Assembly (NCBI GenBank): GCA_964506785.1
Contig: CAZDME010000004.1
Location: 1-39,209 of the forward strand
Length of the DNA stretch: 39,209 bases
Direction of reading: 5' to 3'
From: an uncultured bacterium
GTDB taxonomy: Bacteria > CAZDME01 > JAYEMH01
The translations under genes and the position numbers were made by a program. The notes under the pieces are model-generated. The model had not been told where the DNA came from, made no database searches, and saw only the letters and a list, made by a program, of their open reading frames with translations. This document shows, one piece after another, positions 39,209-39,209 of this stretch. Within the stretch, counting starts at the first letter, position 1. Each line of letters opens with the position of its first letter.

Positions 39209-39209
39209 G

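Overview
Bacterial draft/MAG scaffold (one 100-N gap at 4913-5012) from a diderm organism (LolA, outer-membrane beta-barrel; a PVC/candidate-phylum affinity is only a guess). Almost everything is a minus-strand housekeeping super-cluster: HIT-rmuC-aroE-pilD-[accessory]-aroC-aroK-aroB-TPR-hyp-dprA-topA-xerC-rpsB-tsf-pyrH-frr-uppS-cdsA-dxr-rseP-ispG-proS-[accessory]-nusA-infB-rbfA-truB-ribF-rpsO-pnp-dut-uppP-ftsK-lolA-rodZ-CPBP-OM barrel. Items the ORF track misses: (1) a c-di-GMP-I riboswitch with a nested REP-like palindrome inside P3. It controls a signal-peptide/GHKL-ATPase gene split by an in-frame TGA, sitting between proS and nusA, and rimP is absent. (2) An uncalled 50-aa plus-strand protein with a duplicated CCxxCx5C motif, its own sigma70 promoter and RBS. 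(3) Degenerate 6/7/8-mer tandem arrays, often inverted and often with small palindromes, in many intergenic gaps, upstream of an Avd-like four-helix-bundle gene and apparently in frame inside infB. No rRNA, tRNA, CRISPR, transposase or reverse transcriptase was seen. All calls are by eye, with no database searches.
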